Source: Coniocarpon cinnabarinum (lineage: Eukaryota). From it: 64,000 nt of DNA. Below, piece after piece: positions 23,244 through 34,086 of the stretch. The notes under the pieces were generated by a model. That model did not search any database, had not been told where the DNA came from, and worked only from the letters and a program-made list of their open reading frames with translations. The translations under genes and the position numbers were made by a program. Within the stretch, counting starts at the first letter, position 1. Each line of letters opens with the position of its first letter. Where the stretch lies: contig JAVECO010000037.1 of assembly GCA_051942205.1 (NCBI GenBank), forward strand, positions 1-64,000, written 5' to 3'.

Positions 23244-24431
23244 ATGGTCCGCCACAAGAAAGACTTCGCTCGTCCCCGCGGTGGTAAAGGCTTCCACAGC
23301 CACTCATCGCACCGCCGCGCAGCTGAGAACGATGAAACCGACCACTTCGGCAACGCCACCACCGCGCGCCCGCCTTTCAAAGCCGTTTGCTGGGATCTCG
23401 AGCACTGCGACGCGAAGCGTTGCTCTGGCAAGCGGCTCCAGCGTCTGGGTCTGTTGCGAGTGCTGCACATTGGGCAGAAGTTTGCAGGCGTGGTCGTGTC
23501 GCCGAATGCGAAGACAGTTCTTAGTCCGGTAGATCGCGAGCTATTGGAACAGTACGGCGCCGGCGTCGTGGAATGCTCTTGGAAGCGCATCGACGAGGTG
23601 CCGTTCTCGCGAATAGGCGGCAAATGCGAACGATTATTACCGTACCTCCTCCCTGCAAATCCTACAAATTACGGGCGACCGTGGCGGTTGAACTGCGTGG
23701 AGGCGCTGGCTGCTTGTTTCTTCATTTGCGGGCATCGGGACTGGGCGGAGAGCATACTGAGCACGTTCAGCTATGGGGAGGCTTTCTTGAGCATGAATGA
23801 GACTGTGCTTAAGAAGTATGCGGCTTGTGTGGATGAAGAGGGGGTTAAAGCAGTGCAAGAAGCATGGCTTAGGAAGATTGAGAAAGAGTATGAGGATGGC
23901 AAGGAAGAGCGTGAAAGGGAAGAGGCAGACCCCTGGAGAGTCGGGAACAGGAATCGGAGAAGGAGAGACAAAGACGACGGCGATGGCGATGATGAAGAGG
24001 ACAGGAATAGCGGCAGCGACGCTGAGGATGATGAGGATGAAGGATCAGATGAAGGGGAGCTTGAGCAGCCAGAACTCCCAGAGCTATCAGACGACGAAGA
24101 CGAGATGGCAGAGTTACGGAGGAAAGTGCTGGCCTCGAAGACGTTCGCAAACGACCAGACGAGTGAGCTACCCGAGCGACCCCATTCCAGTGGCGGCGGT
24201 GTTCGCATCGCAAGCTCGAACCCACCCACCCAACTGCAAGAAGACTCGGATGCGCTTTCAGGCTCGGAGATCGATGGGGATGACGAAGAGTTTGACAACA
24301 TCATCAATGCCACTCCAGTCACGGACCGGACTGGCATCACAGCAAAGGAGCGTCAAAGACAGCTTGACCAAAAGGCGGCGGCTACCGCTTCGTTCTCGAG
24401 GACTTTTGTCAAGGCACCGACGAAGTGGTAG
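23244..24431 (+). CDS. TSR3: 18S rRNA aminocarboxypropyltransferase Tsr3
   Basis: WDLEHCDAKRCSGKRL, VECSW and RLLPYL..ANPTNYGRPWRLNCVEA motifs; acidic C-terminal tail. Confidence 0.95.
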   Translation: MVRHKKDFARPRGGKGFHSHSSHRRAAENDETDHFGNATTARPPFKAVCWDLEHCDAKRCSGKRLQRLGLLRVLHIGQKFAGVVVSPNAKTVLSPVDRELLEQYGAGVVECSWKRIDEVPFSRIGGKCERLLPYLLPANPTNYGRPWRLNCVEALAACFFICGHRDWAESILSTFSYGEAFLSMNETVLKKYAACVDEEGVKAVQEAWLRKIEKEYEDGKEEREREEADPWRVGNRNRRRRDKDDGDGDDEEDRNSGSDAEDDEDEGSDEGELEQPELPELSDDEDEMAELRRKVLASKTFANDQTSELPERPHSSGGGVRIASSNPPTQLQEDSDALSGSEIDGDDEEFDNIINATPVTDRTGITAKERQRQLDQKAAATASFSRTFVKAPTKW

Positions 24432-25141
24432 GCTCTGTTAGTCTGGCGCGATAGATGCACTGGAACATATAAAATTGGTGCCTCAAGCGTCTAGGCACCA
24501 GGCTGGGGGTGAAACGCTTCAGCGCAATTGGTATATCATTGCCTCTGATTTTTTCAATCTTCCGAGTGAAATTGACTTCTGGCACCAATTTTATACACAA
24601 TCTGTGCTTCCGAGACTGCTCACGAGTCCAACAAGTAATTATATGGTTCTTTCTGTTGCAAGGCGCATCCCCTCGGCACATCCAAGGCATCAAGGCACCA
24701 ACGCGACAGGGGCAAGTGAAATCCATTGTTGCCTAGTCTCGACTATGACCAACATTACTCAATCTGGCTCATCCTGCGACAACATCTTGCTACCGTCTAA
24801 CGACAAGACATGGTGTGCATCTCGTTGCGATCTCCATGACTGAGTATAATGTCTGCACCACAAATGCCAAGGCCCTTTCCGCGTGCAGTGGTAGGAGGGT
24901 CACAGCCACGATCCCACTCGCAGGCGACCGGTTGGTGCATGGCTCATCAGGATTAAGCTTCAAAACCTATGAGACAACTTGAATTTAAGAGAAACAATGC
25001 TGCCTATTAGGGTCTTCACATTTCTTAAAGTTAAAATTTCAGGCCTCATGTTATTCACTTATAAGTACCTCCTTCCCTTACCTTGGTGACAGCCGCGCCT
25101 TGAACCTCGCACGAAGATCTTTGATACGCTGCGTTGCCACT

Positions 25142-26695
25142 ATGCCGGGCCAGCTTCCTCAACCTATCCACACCAGCTACACTTCTCGTCATGTTGACAT
25201 TCCTGCGGACTTCTTGACGACAGCAGCGCCTGATAGTAAACCCATCACTGCTAATCGCATTGACTTTTCCAAAACGGTAGGTCCACCGTCCTCTCTATCT
25301 CGTCTCTGTTAGCTTCTCGCTTTCCTCTGCGGCCGCAATACGTTATTTGCTCTTTCCTCTGCTGTCCGTTCAAGCTCGTGGACACCGCGGACACCGCGTA
25401 CCTCATCTCTGACCATTTCGTCTGTCACGTGACTCAATCGAGTTCATTGTGCTGATGTCAATGCCTGCACAGCCGCTTCCTCAATACGCAGACTCCTACG
25501 CCGTAATCCTCGACAACGTCCTCTCGCAAAGCGAATGTCGGCGTCTCATCGAACTAGCCGAACTCTCCGCCCCGGACCAAGACAAGCCATGGCAGCCCGC
25601 CCTCGTGAACATGGGTCAAAACTATGAAGTCCGCCTCGATGACTACAGAAACTCTGACCGCATCATATGGGTACGTCTTGGAACCATCCTGCAGCATCTC
25701 CCTGTCCCACTTCGCTCGTGCCCGGCTGTTAATGTGGAAGTGATGCGCAGGACTGTCCTACCCTTGTTGATCGCATCATCGAGCGGTGTTTCGCAGCTGA
25801 CGACGGGAAGATTGGGGAAGATTTGAAGGAAGTCAGTAAAGCACGGGGCAATGCTGAGAGTGTCATTGGCGAACGCGCGGCGAAGAAGCAGACATGGACT
25901 TTCACGCGAGGAAATGAACGAATGCGGTTTCTCAAGTACGAAAAGGTGAGTCTCATCCCTCTCTCTTACTCTCCGCAACTTCTACCATCCGGACCCTTCA
26001 TTTAAACCACCCCTCTTCATCTTCTACACACGCGAGAAACAAATGCAAACACCGAAGAATATTCCAGTGAAAAGATGAGAAAACAGTACTGACGTGATAG
26101 GGTGGTTTCTTCAACCGCCACAACGATGGCTCCTACGAGTCCTTCCGCAACCCCTCAACCGGCAAACCCTACGAAAGGACATTGTATACATTACATCTCT
26201 ACCTCAACGGTGACGGCCTCGGCGGCGGCGAGACCACATTCTGGAGCCGTTACGGCAGCGGTCGTGGAAAAGGCGGTGAGTCTCTTTCTAATGCCCTCTC
26301 TCTCTTCCCAATCGCCCCCTCTCTTCAAACCATCTGTCTTCCCCACACTGGTCCCCCTCCAATCGAATAGCCCCCTTCCACTTACGCTTCTCTTTACTCC
26401 CAGTTGCACTCGCTCCTGCCCATCCTTCCTTTCTGTCTGTCTCTCCCGTGTATGTGTGAGAGAAAACTAACAAAACAAAGGCCTCAAAGAAATGCTCGGA
26501 CTGTCGAAATACGACGACCCCCGCGTGGACGTCAAAGCCTCCTCCGGTCGCGTCCTGATCTTCCAGCACAGAGGCCTCCTGCATTCAGGCGAGCAGGTGC
26601 GAAGCGGAGTCAAGTTCACAATGAGGACCGATTTGTTGTATTCGGTTGAAGAAGTGGAGAATGGGGAGGGGAAGGCGGACCTTGATTGTCTTTGA
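25142..26695 (+). CDS. 2OG-Fe(II) oxygenase (prolyl 4-hydroxylase-like), 5 exons
   Basis: ILDNVLSQSEC, RNSDRIIW, NERMRFLKY, HND (HxD), TLHLYLN, GGGETTF, GRVLIFQH..LHSGE and KFTMRTD. Introns ~25278-25472, 25670-25750, 25946-26099 and 26276-26480. Confidence 0.88.
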
Positions 26696-27199
26696 GCTTC
26701 ATGGAGTAGTTGTCGGTTGGAGCAGTGGTAGAAGAGTGTAGGTTTACTTGGGATGCAAGTGGGATGAGTTTGTTTGGGTTTGGAATGAGATGAATGGAAT
26801 GAGTTCATTTGGGTTCGAAATGAGATGGAAGGGAATGAGCTGGAAGCTTATACGTTTGAAAGTGCGCTGGTGAAGTGTAGCGCGGAGTCATCTCTCTTCA
26901 TTCCAGGAAACAGACATGGGACAAGTAATCCTGCAAGACGAAGAAGTATCACAAAAAAAGCAAGGACTCCGCTCGCTTCCTGCTCCCATGCGCAAAGGAC
27001 AGGCGCCGTAGCACGTCCCGCGCAGAAGTCGCAACAAAATGCGCTCTCAAAGAGAAATAGAGAGACGCAGGTGCTGCACTGTCCAGCAGACGGGCTGCAG
27101 TAGCATAGAAGCTCTTTGTCATCATTCTAGCAAGTAACTGTCACTCGATTACTTTTCAGAGGACATTGCAAGGCTAGAGGGGCTATCAAAAAGCCTTTG

Positions 27200-27540
27200 T
27201 AGATAGGAGTTACACGCCTGTCTCAAATAAAAGAAGACGTGATCTCATCTGAGGATTTTCTAAGAAAAGGAATAGAATATATAGTAGGGAATACTCCTAT
27301 AGAACTCAGCCTTACTTTAGCAAGTATTAGAACTAAAAAGACCTTTTCTAATATTTTATTATCTTTATTATTCTATTATTAGGATGGAATAAGGGATAGA
27401 GATGGGCTACTTGGAAGTGTTTTTTCAAAATAGAAGAGAGTGGTTCTCCGTAAGAGCTTGAATGTACTGTGGAATCTATAAGTAAGAAAGACTGTTTAGT
27501 ATACAAATAGCAATTCTGCTATTTCAAAGTCGCTGTTGCT
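27200..27540. other. AT/TpA-rich patch, probable RIP relic
   Basis: Abrupt AT enrichment with many TA dinucleotides and no ORFs, unlike the flanking DNA. Confidence 0.5.
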
Positions 27541-27774
27541 ACAGCAGAGAAGCACGCAACATTTATCCCTACATTTGAAACTCTCAGATTCCGAGCACAA
27601 AGTCGTCTGACTTTACCAGTTACCTCCTACTCCTGCAACCACTCACGTCTGCAGAACAAACCAGCCATAAACACATCCACCTCCAGATAAGAAACAAACA
27701 CCAAATTCACATCTCACATCTCCCACACTATTCCAGTACTGCTCGTAAACAGCAAAGGTTCAGAGCGGCAATAG

Positions 27775-27862
27775 TTCGTCTCGAACGGCAATCTTTCGTC
27801 TCGAACGGCAATCTCTCGTCTCGAACGGCAATCTTTCGTCTCGAACGGCAATCTTTCGTCTC
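27775..27862. repeat. 20-bp minisatellite TTCGTCTCGAACGGCAATCT, ~4.4 copies
   Basis: Near-perfect tandem copies with one T>C variant and a degenerate partial copy upstream. Confidence 0.95.
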
Positions 27863-28190
27863 AGGACGCATCAAATTACAGAATACTCTACACACCCTCA
27901 TATGTCCATATCGTACCGATTACCCATCTCATCCACCTGTGACCCATCCACCATGTCCGGTCCACCGTGTTCCACTCCCTATACGTAACTCGTGGCACTA
28001 TGCTATTGCTTGCTGTTGCTATTGTAGTTGCGACTGTAATTGCAATCCCTTCGGCCGTTAAACGCCACGCTATGCTAATCTTCACACTGTATCAATCTCC
28101 ACTCTTGCTCGCCACGTCTCTTCTCACTGTGCCGTGCAAAGGCCACACAGTAATCCTCTTCTACCGGGCTCAGCATATTAACTAGACATC

Positions 28191-31100
28191 TTACATCGCC
28201 CTCCCAGGCGCATCGGCATTATCCCTCCTCGAATTGCCCCGTCCAATGACTTCAGCCGCTTGGCCCGCACCACCAATGATCCCATCATCACTCTGCGTCA
28301 ACGCGTCGCTCGCCCGGAACTGATTCACATACCCCACACTGGGATGTCTCGGATCGTCGTCGAGACCACGCGGTGCCTCAACGCCCTCATGACTGACCCT
28401 CCTCCCGAAATCGAGCGCGCTTTCCGCACCGAGACTACCTCTGTGCTCGCGATCGACGGGACTGAGCGGCGTGGAGAAGGGTACACGACCCGTCTGCGAC
28501 GCGGACGACGGATTCCGCCCATGACTCAGCGAATGCCGCTCTGGTATCGTTTCCTGAACGCCTAGGAAATTGCCGTCGAAGCCGCGGAGGTTCTCGCGGG
28601 AGGCGCGACGGCTTGACCTTTGAGGGACGATGGGGGAGTAGGAACTACTGGGACTTTCGGGATAGCGGTGGGATGGGTGACGGGAGGGTTGAGAGGGGTG
28701 ATCGGGGAAGCGACCCCATGGTGCGGTGGAGAGTTGGTCGGAGGGATAGCGACTTGATGGTTGGCGAGAGGGATGTTGAGAGTAGGGTCCCCCTGCTGCT
28801 GTAGATTGTGAGTTGAAACGTGTGGGGAGGTGTATGCTGCTTCCAACGTCAAGAGGTTCGATGCTCGGCGCGAGTTCAGAAACGCGATTAGCGCGCAATG
28901 AGTCGGGATCGTTGTCGTTGTCAGGGTAGTCACTCAAGCTAGAGACAGGTCGAGAGTCTTCCGTTCCACGAGGCTCAGGCTGTCCAGGGAAGGGCTGAAG
29001 ATTGCGGTCTTCTTCATTACTGCGGGTGCGCTGGCCAGGTATGACAGCGGGAGGAACGTCGCGGTCAGGAGAGTCATGATACGGTTCTTGGAAAGCATCG
29101 GGCTCGCTTTCATCGGTGAAACGCTGTGGTGCTCGCGTCGACCGCACGACCTCGAAACCTTTGCCTCCGCTGTCTTTCCGCTTGCCACCGAACATGTTGC
29201 GGAACCAGCCAGCGGCACTTGATGCCGGGCCCACAGGGTCGGCCGGACCAGTCCGAAGTTTGCGTGTGGGCTGATTGGACAAGGCAGGTCCGCGCACGCC
29301 GTAGTAGAAATCGACTTCTCTGACTGCGTAGTCAACATTCGTACGCTGCGCGGGATGGCTGTCTCGATTCAAGACCGGATCTGAGCCTTCCCTCTGTCGC
29401 ATGTATGCGGGAGCTGGCGCACCCTTTGAGTTGCCATCGGGTGAGAGGTTGTAGGCCGCGGCATTCGAGTTCCGCTTATCGGGTATGTTGGTCGGACTCT
29501 CGCCGGAGACATTGTTGGCCCAGTCACCGCTGCCTCTGGAGTTGCGACTTTGAGCGCCCGGGTTCATGAGGTCGCCAGTTGGACGGCGCTGCCTTGGCTG
29601 TCGATAGAAGCCTTGGCCTTCATTGGATCGAAGTGTCACGCCGGGTCTATGTGACACGGCCGCTCGATCATTTTCGGTCAAGAACGAGAAAGGGTTGGTG
29701 TCCACGGAGCGATCGAGATCGCCACTACCGGATTCCGTGCGATCCAAATGCGTGCTCATTCTGTCGGGAGTGCGCTGGTTCAGGAGAATCGCAGAGCTGG
29801 CTGATATACTCCTCGATCGTCCACCGAAACCACCAGACTTATTGTCGAAAGCGTCATGATCATCCGTGAGAATCGCAGCATCAGATGTCATGCTGGATCG
29901 GAAGCCTGGACGACGATTGCGACGTGAGAGTTGGCGTTTGCCGAAGACCTTCACGAAAGCGCCTCGAGTAGCGGCGCCTGTATGCTCGTCGGCGCCCGCA
30001 CCGGTATACCTAGCAATGACTTCGATGAGAGTCTGTATTGAATTCAAGAAGAAACCGAAGACCAGCACAATCGCATGCATCAAAAGAATGGCGTATCCCA
30101 CCCAGCCTTTCGCTGGCTCCGTAACCCCAAGAGAAGGTGTGAAAGTGATACTCAGGAGAATGACAATGAGACGAACAGTCGCGAAGGACGTGTGGTAGAG
30201 ATTCATCGAAGTCTGTTTTCTGAACGGACGGAAAGCCTGCAGAGTCAAAATGAGAACAACCTCGCAAATGGCAAGGATGACAATCTGCACGATTCCTGAA
30301 GGCTGCACAGCTCCGAATGCGATGGCTCTGACGAAGGTCACTAGCGCTGGGATCAGTGCGAAAGCGGCCGCGTCGTCCGAATATGTGTTGTAAAGAGGTC
30401 CCCAAAGCAAGACTGTCGGTAAGTCGTCAAAGAGAATTGACCGGGGCTTAGCAGCAAATATGACTCGCAGTATCCATCCAGCAAAAACCAAGATGGCGAC
30501 CAAGAGAATGACCGCTGCAGCGACAACTCCAGCGTTTGGACTGGACCCGCCGACTGTCCGGCCAGCAATGACCAACTGGAAAAATGACAGGGCCACGAGA
30601 GGCAGCAGAAAGAAGTTGCAGACGATGCGGACAATGCAACCTCCAGTCAAGGGCCAATTCTTGCTGCGGAGGTCCTCTTCAGGCCGATCTGCAAGAGAGC
30701 GCAGGACATAGCGAATGAAGAAGCCAGCTTCGCAAACGACGATGACAATACCAATGATAACCAATGTCCAAACAACAGTGCCAGCCCAGATGTCTTGATC
30801 TTCGCTCATGCCCGTAAGCTGCCTAAGCTGTGACATGCCGTAATTTGAGTTCGAGATCAAGTCAAGCCCATTCCTGGTGTACGCGCGAGTTGAGTAGATT
30901 CCATCAATGGGATTCTGGACGGGCGGACCATTACTGACGAAGCTTTCATTGAACATCAACGCAGACCAGTTCACCTGGCTGACGACCGGACGGAAGTAAC
31001 CTGGATAGCTGAGACTCAAGGCACCAGACAGAAAGATGAATTGAATGTATTGCAGACAGTCACCGAAGCCGGGAGTGACAAGGCGCAGAAGATCCTCGTC

Positions 31101-32078
31101 ACGACCGTAGTTGCTTGTCCACTTGAACGGGTCGGTCGTTCCCCACGGACTGAGGATAGCCGCTGAGATGGTGCTGACAGCCACAACGATCAAGATAGCC
31201 ATGGGGAAAAATCGAAGCATGCCGCGGAGAGATGGACCCAGGTCTGGAGTGATATTGGCAGAAACACAGCCGATGACTCTGGGCTCATTGCCGTTTGTAA
31301 ACCCGGAATTGATCGTAAAGGTGGTATCCAGTGTTGCAAAGCGGAAGGAGGAGTCCATGTCGTGACTCACGCCAAACGCGGGTAAATCTTGATATGGCTC
31401 TGCGGGATCATCGGTGTATGGCAACGCCTTGAAATCGGGCGCCACAGGACATTGAGTACCACTACGTGTGAAACTGCAGAAAGCGGCAGGCGGTGGAGCT
31501 GCGGGCACGTATGTGAGGACCCTGAACGTCGAAATCAGGGTTGTCCTGCCCGCCTTGATTGAGCCGTCAGACTGAGTGTTGTTGTAGGTGTCTGCGATCT
31601 TTCCATCCATGAATGCCGGATCTTGCCATTGAGAGGAATTGGGAGGCGGCAGAGGTTCAGCGAAGAGGGATCCAGCAACGTTGCCGTAGATTGTCACATT
31701 GACCGTGTGCGTAGGGTTTGCGGTGTCAAAAGAGACGTCAGTGTAATTGGGCATGAACTGCAGTGTTTGCGGGTGCGAGTTGAGGACGCTGGCTGGCAAG
31801 CAGTTCTGGAAGTCAATCAAGACCGCATGGACGGGGGACACCAGCAGCAGCAAAAACATGACAGCAAGAGCCTGCCATCGTTGTGTTTGCGACATGATCT
31901 TGGACGCTCGCGACGGTACTCGACACAGGTTCATTGCTGTTGCGACTCTTCTAGTTGTAGGCCATCGCTTACTGTCGCCCGCATCCAGTCTTGCACTGAT
32001 ATTGATATTGCCATCTTCAGCGTTTGCGCGACCCTGACCTGAGAGGCCAACGGTTCCATTGTCGAGAGTGGCAACCAT
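28191..32078 (-). CDS. TRP-like/FLC (Pkd2-like) family membrane protein with ML-like N-terminal domain; start may be 31895
   Basis: Signal-like LAVMFLLLLVSPVHA, IGCVSANITPDLG, TPGFGDCLQYIQF..LSLSYPG, LLWGPLYNTY, multiple TM segments and a disordered C-terminal tail. Confidence 0.88.
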   Translation of the reverse strand: MVATLDNGTVGLSGQGRANAEDGNINISARLDAGDSKRWPTTRRVATAMNLCRVPSRASKIMSQTQRWQALAVMFLLLLVSPVHAVLIDFQNCLPASVLNSHPQTLQFMPNYTDVSFDTANPTHTVNVTIYGNVAGSLFAEPLPPPNSSQWQDPAFMDGKIADTYNNTQSDGSIKAGRTTLISTFRVLTYVPAAPPPAAFCSFTRSGTQCPVAPDFKALPYTDDPAEPYQDLPAFGVSHDMDSSFRFATLDTTFTINSGFTNGNEPRVIGCVSANITPDLGPSLRGMLRFFPMAILIVVAVSTISAAILSPWGTTDPFKWTSNYGRDEDLLRLVTPGFGDCLQYIQFIFLSGALSLSYPGYFRPVVSQVNWSALMFNESFVSNGPPVQNPIDGIYSTRAYTRNGLDLISNSNYGMSQLRQLTGMSEDQDIWAGTVVWTLVIIGIVIVVCEAGFFIRYVLRSLADRPEEDLRSKNWPLTGGCIVRIVCNFFLLPLVALSFFQLVIAGRTVGGSSPNAGVVAAAVILLVAILVFAGWILRVIFAAKPRSILFDDLPTVLLWGPLYNTYSDDAAAFALIPALVTFVRAIAFGAVQPSGIVQIVILAICEVVLILTLQAFRPFRKQTSMNLYHTSFATVRLIVILLSITFTPSLGVTEPAKGWVGYAILLMHAIVLVFGFFLNSIQTLIEVIARYTGAGADEHTGAATRGAFVKVFGKRQLSRRNRRPGFRSSMTSDAAILTDDHDAFDNKSGGFGGRSRSISASSAILLNQRTPDRMSTHLDRTESGSGDLDRSVDTNPFSFLTENDRAAVSHRPGVTLRSNEGQGFYRQPRQRRPTGDLMNPGAQSRNSRGSGDWANNVSGESPTNIPDKRNSNAAAYNLSPDGNSKGAPAPAYMRQREGSDPVLNRDSHPAQRTNVDYAVREVDFYYGVRGPALSNQPTRKLRTGPADPVGPASSAAGWFRNMFGGKRKDSGGKGFEVVRSTRAPQRFTDESEPDAFQEPYHDSPDRDVPPAVIPGQRTRSNEEDRNLQPFPGQPEPRGTEDSRPVSSLSDYPDNDNDPDSLRANRVSELAPSIEPLDVGSSIHLPTRFNSQSTAAGGPYSQHPSRQPSSRYPSDQLSTAPWGRFPDHPSQPSRHPSHRYPESPSSSYSPIVPQRSSRRASRENLRGFDGNFLGVQETIPERHSLSHGRNPSSASQTGRVPFSTPLSPVDREHRGSLGAESALDFGRRVSHEGVEAPRGLDDDPRHPSVGYVNQFRASDALTQSDDGIIGGAGQAAEVIGRGNSRRDNADAPGRAM

Positions 32079-32856
32079 GCTGCGAGCAGACGAGGTGCTG
32101 CTTCGGAGGGTCACGACTTCATCAGGGCGTGGCGTGGGGGCTGCTGCAAGGTAGGCAGAGCAGCAGAGAACAGGAGGCGATTGGTGATGGTCGGCAATTC
32201 GGGTGGGTCGAGTGATATCACTAGCGGTGGAGGTCGGTCGAGCTCGTCATGTATAATGGCGCATGTACAACCCGCTTCCGATGCACGACAGCTGCACGTC
32301 GGTAGTCCTGGACGAGGAATGTGTGCGCGCGCGCAGAGGGAGCCGAGGAGGGAGCTAAACTTGAGCCAAAATTTGTCGGGGCAGAGGGTGGAGGGTGGGT
32401 GGCTGTGGAGTGCGGAACAGGGTAGAGGGAACGGATCGCAGGGCAAAACCTTAAAAAGCTTAGTAGGCTGGCCGGGGTGTGGTGTTTGGCAATTGCAAGA
32501 CAGGGTGGTGCCGGTGTCGCAACCCGGGCTGCCGGTATCCGTCACGGTGAATGATGGGTCTCAGGGAGGGTGGAAGATGGCGAATGAAGAAAGCAACGGT
32601 CGTCCAGGTCAGCGGCGGGGGATGGCAGTATTGGTTTGAAGTTGCTCAGCCGAAACGAGGGGACAGCACACCAATTCGTCGTGTAAGTCTTGGCAATATT
32701 GCTATTTTCGATACGGATCTCCTGCACCCTGCCGATCTTTGCCAAGCTCGTGCCAAGATTACTCGCCTTAGTCCGCCGTCGACTCATGAACAACGAATCA
32801 GCTCCTTATTCTCTTCTCTACACATACACAACTCACTATTCGCATCAAATAGCCCA

Positions 32857-33431
32857 ATGGCACAAGCACACACCTCCCGCCCGCGTCAAAAACCTCTCGG
32901 CAACGAAGAAGCCGGCGCCACTCTCAATCTCGGCGAATTCAGCGGCGACTACGCCCTCTCCAACAGCGAAGCCCGCCTGCTGCTCACCGTCCTCACCGAG
33001 AAACAGCGCAATGTGAATCCCAACTTCCGCGAGAGCGAGACCCTGGCGCGGACTATGGACCATTTGGACGCGTTTGCGCGCATCAAGCAGGCGACTATCG
33101 TCACGCAGTTGGAGACGGTGTTGAAGAATGCGCCGAATTTGACGACGTTTGAGAAGAGTCAGCTCGGTGGGTGATGATTCTTGTCTCGTTTTGTCTGGTC
33201 TAAGCACTCGCGATTGTTGTGATGTGCTAGACTTGTTTCCTGCGTCGATTGGCATGGGCAATGGGCGACTGACAAAGATACACCACAGGTTCCCTCTGCT
33301 GCGTCGACGTCGACGAAGCGAAAACACTGGTGCCCTCCATCGCAACCAAGCTGACAGACGACGAAATCCTCAACTTACTTAATCAACTAACGGACTTGCA
33401 ACGGGAGTCGGAGCGCGAGTCTTTCAATTGA
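32857..33431 (+). CDS. RPB4: RNA polymerase II subunit Rpb4; intron 33167-33288
   Basis: EEAGATLNLGEF..LSNSEARLL and FEKSQLG|SLCCVDVDEAKTLVPSI. Confidence 0.93.
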
Positions 33432-34086
33432 TCGATACATTGACATGAGCATGGCGCTGGGGTTAAGCATATTTTGGAAAGGAATGGAAACTTATGGACA
33501 CAGCACTAGCCAGGAAAGCTCTGGCACCATGAGATCTGAGGCTTTTGAACGGAGGACAATATAACGGAAACCCTTTGCGCTCTTGATACACTGAAAGGAA
33601 GGATGGCCGGTGCTCGTCGCAAGACTTTTGACGGGACGCTGATTGGAACAATGAAACGAACGGTCACGAATGAAGATACCCAAAATACACACTAAAAAGC
33701 AGTGCTCGGACAGGAGGTAGCTTCGTGGGTGCAGTCTTTTACGATAGGTAGAGAAGAACAAGAAAACTTCGAAGCGAACCAATTCAGCTGTTGAGATTGC
33801 AAGTTCGAGGTCTGCTGCTTGTTGCAAGCTCTCCTCAATGTTTCATGCTATGTACTTCGCAGATTGCGCTGTCCATGTTCATGTGCGGCTCGCCGGCCTT
33901 GTTTGCGAAAATTCGGTGCACAAAACACCACACAAATGAAATTCGTCGATAGTGATACTTGCCCAACGCCTCGCTTAACTGCAAAAGTATGATACAAAGT
34001 TTTCGTGACTTCTTACACTGAATGGTAAGCACCATATGTACCGATTCGAAGTAACAAGATTGGAAGGAGATGCATAGTGTGATACC

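Noticed and set aside
23771..24441. Long alternative-frame and antisense ORFs over TSR3 (similar ones over RIM15 and the RPA34-like gene)
   Set aside because: Shadows of low-complexity coding sequence with no motifs.
27775..27862. CRISPR-like array
   Set aside because: Contiguous tandem units with no unique spacers, in a eukaryotic context.
33167..33288. Box C/D snoRNA in the RPB4 intron (GTGATGA near the 5' end)
   Set aside because: The C box overlaps the donor region, the only CTGA is the branch site, and there is no terminal stem.
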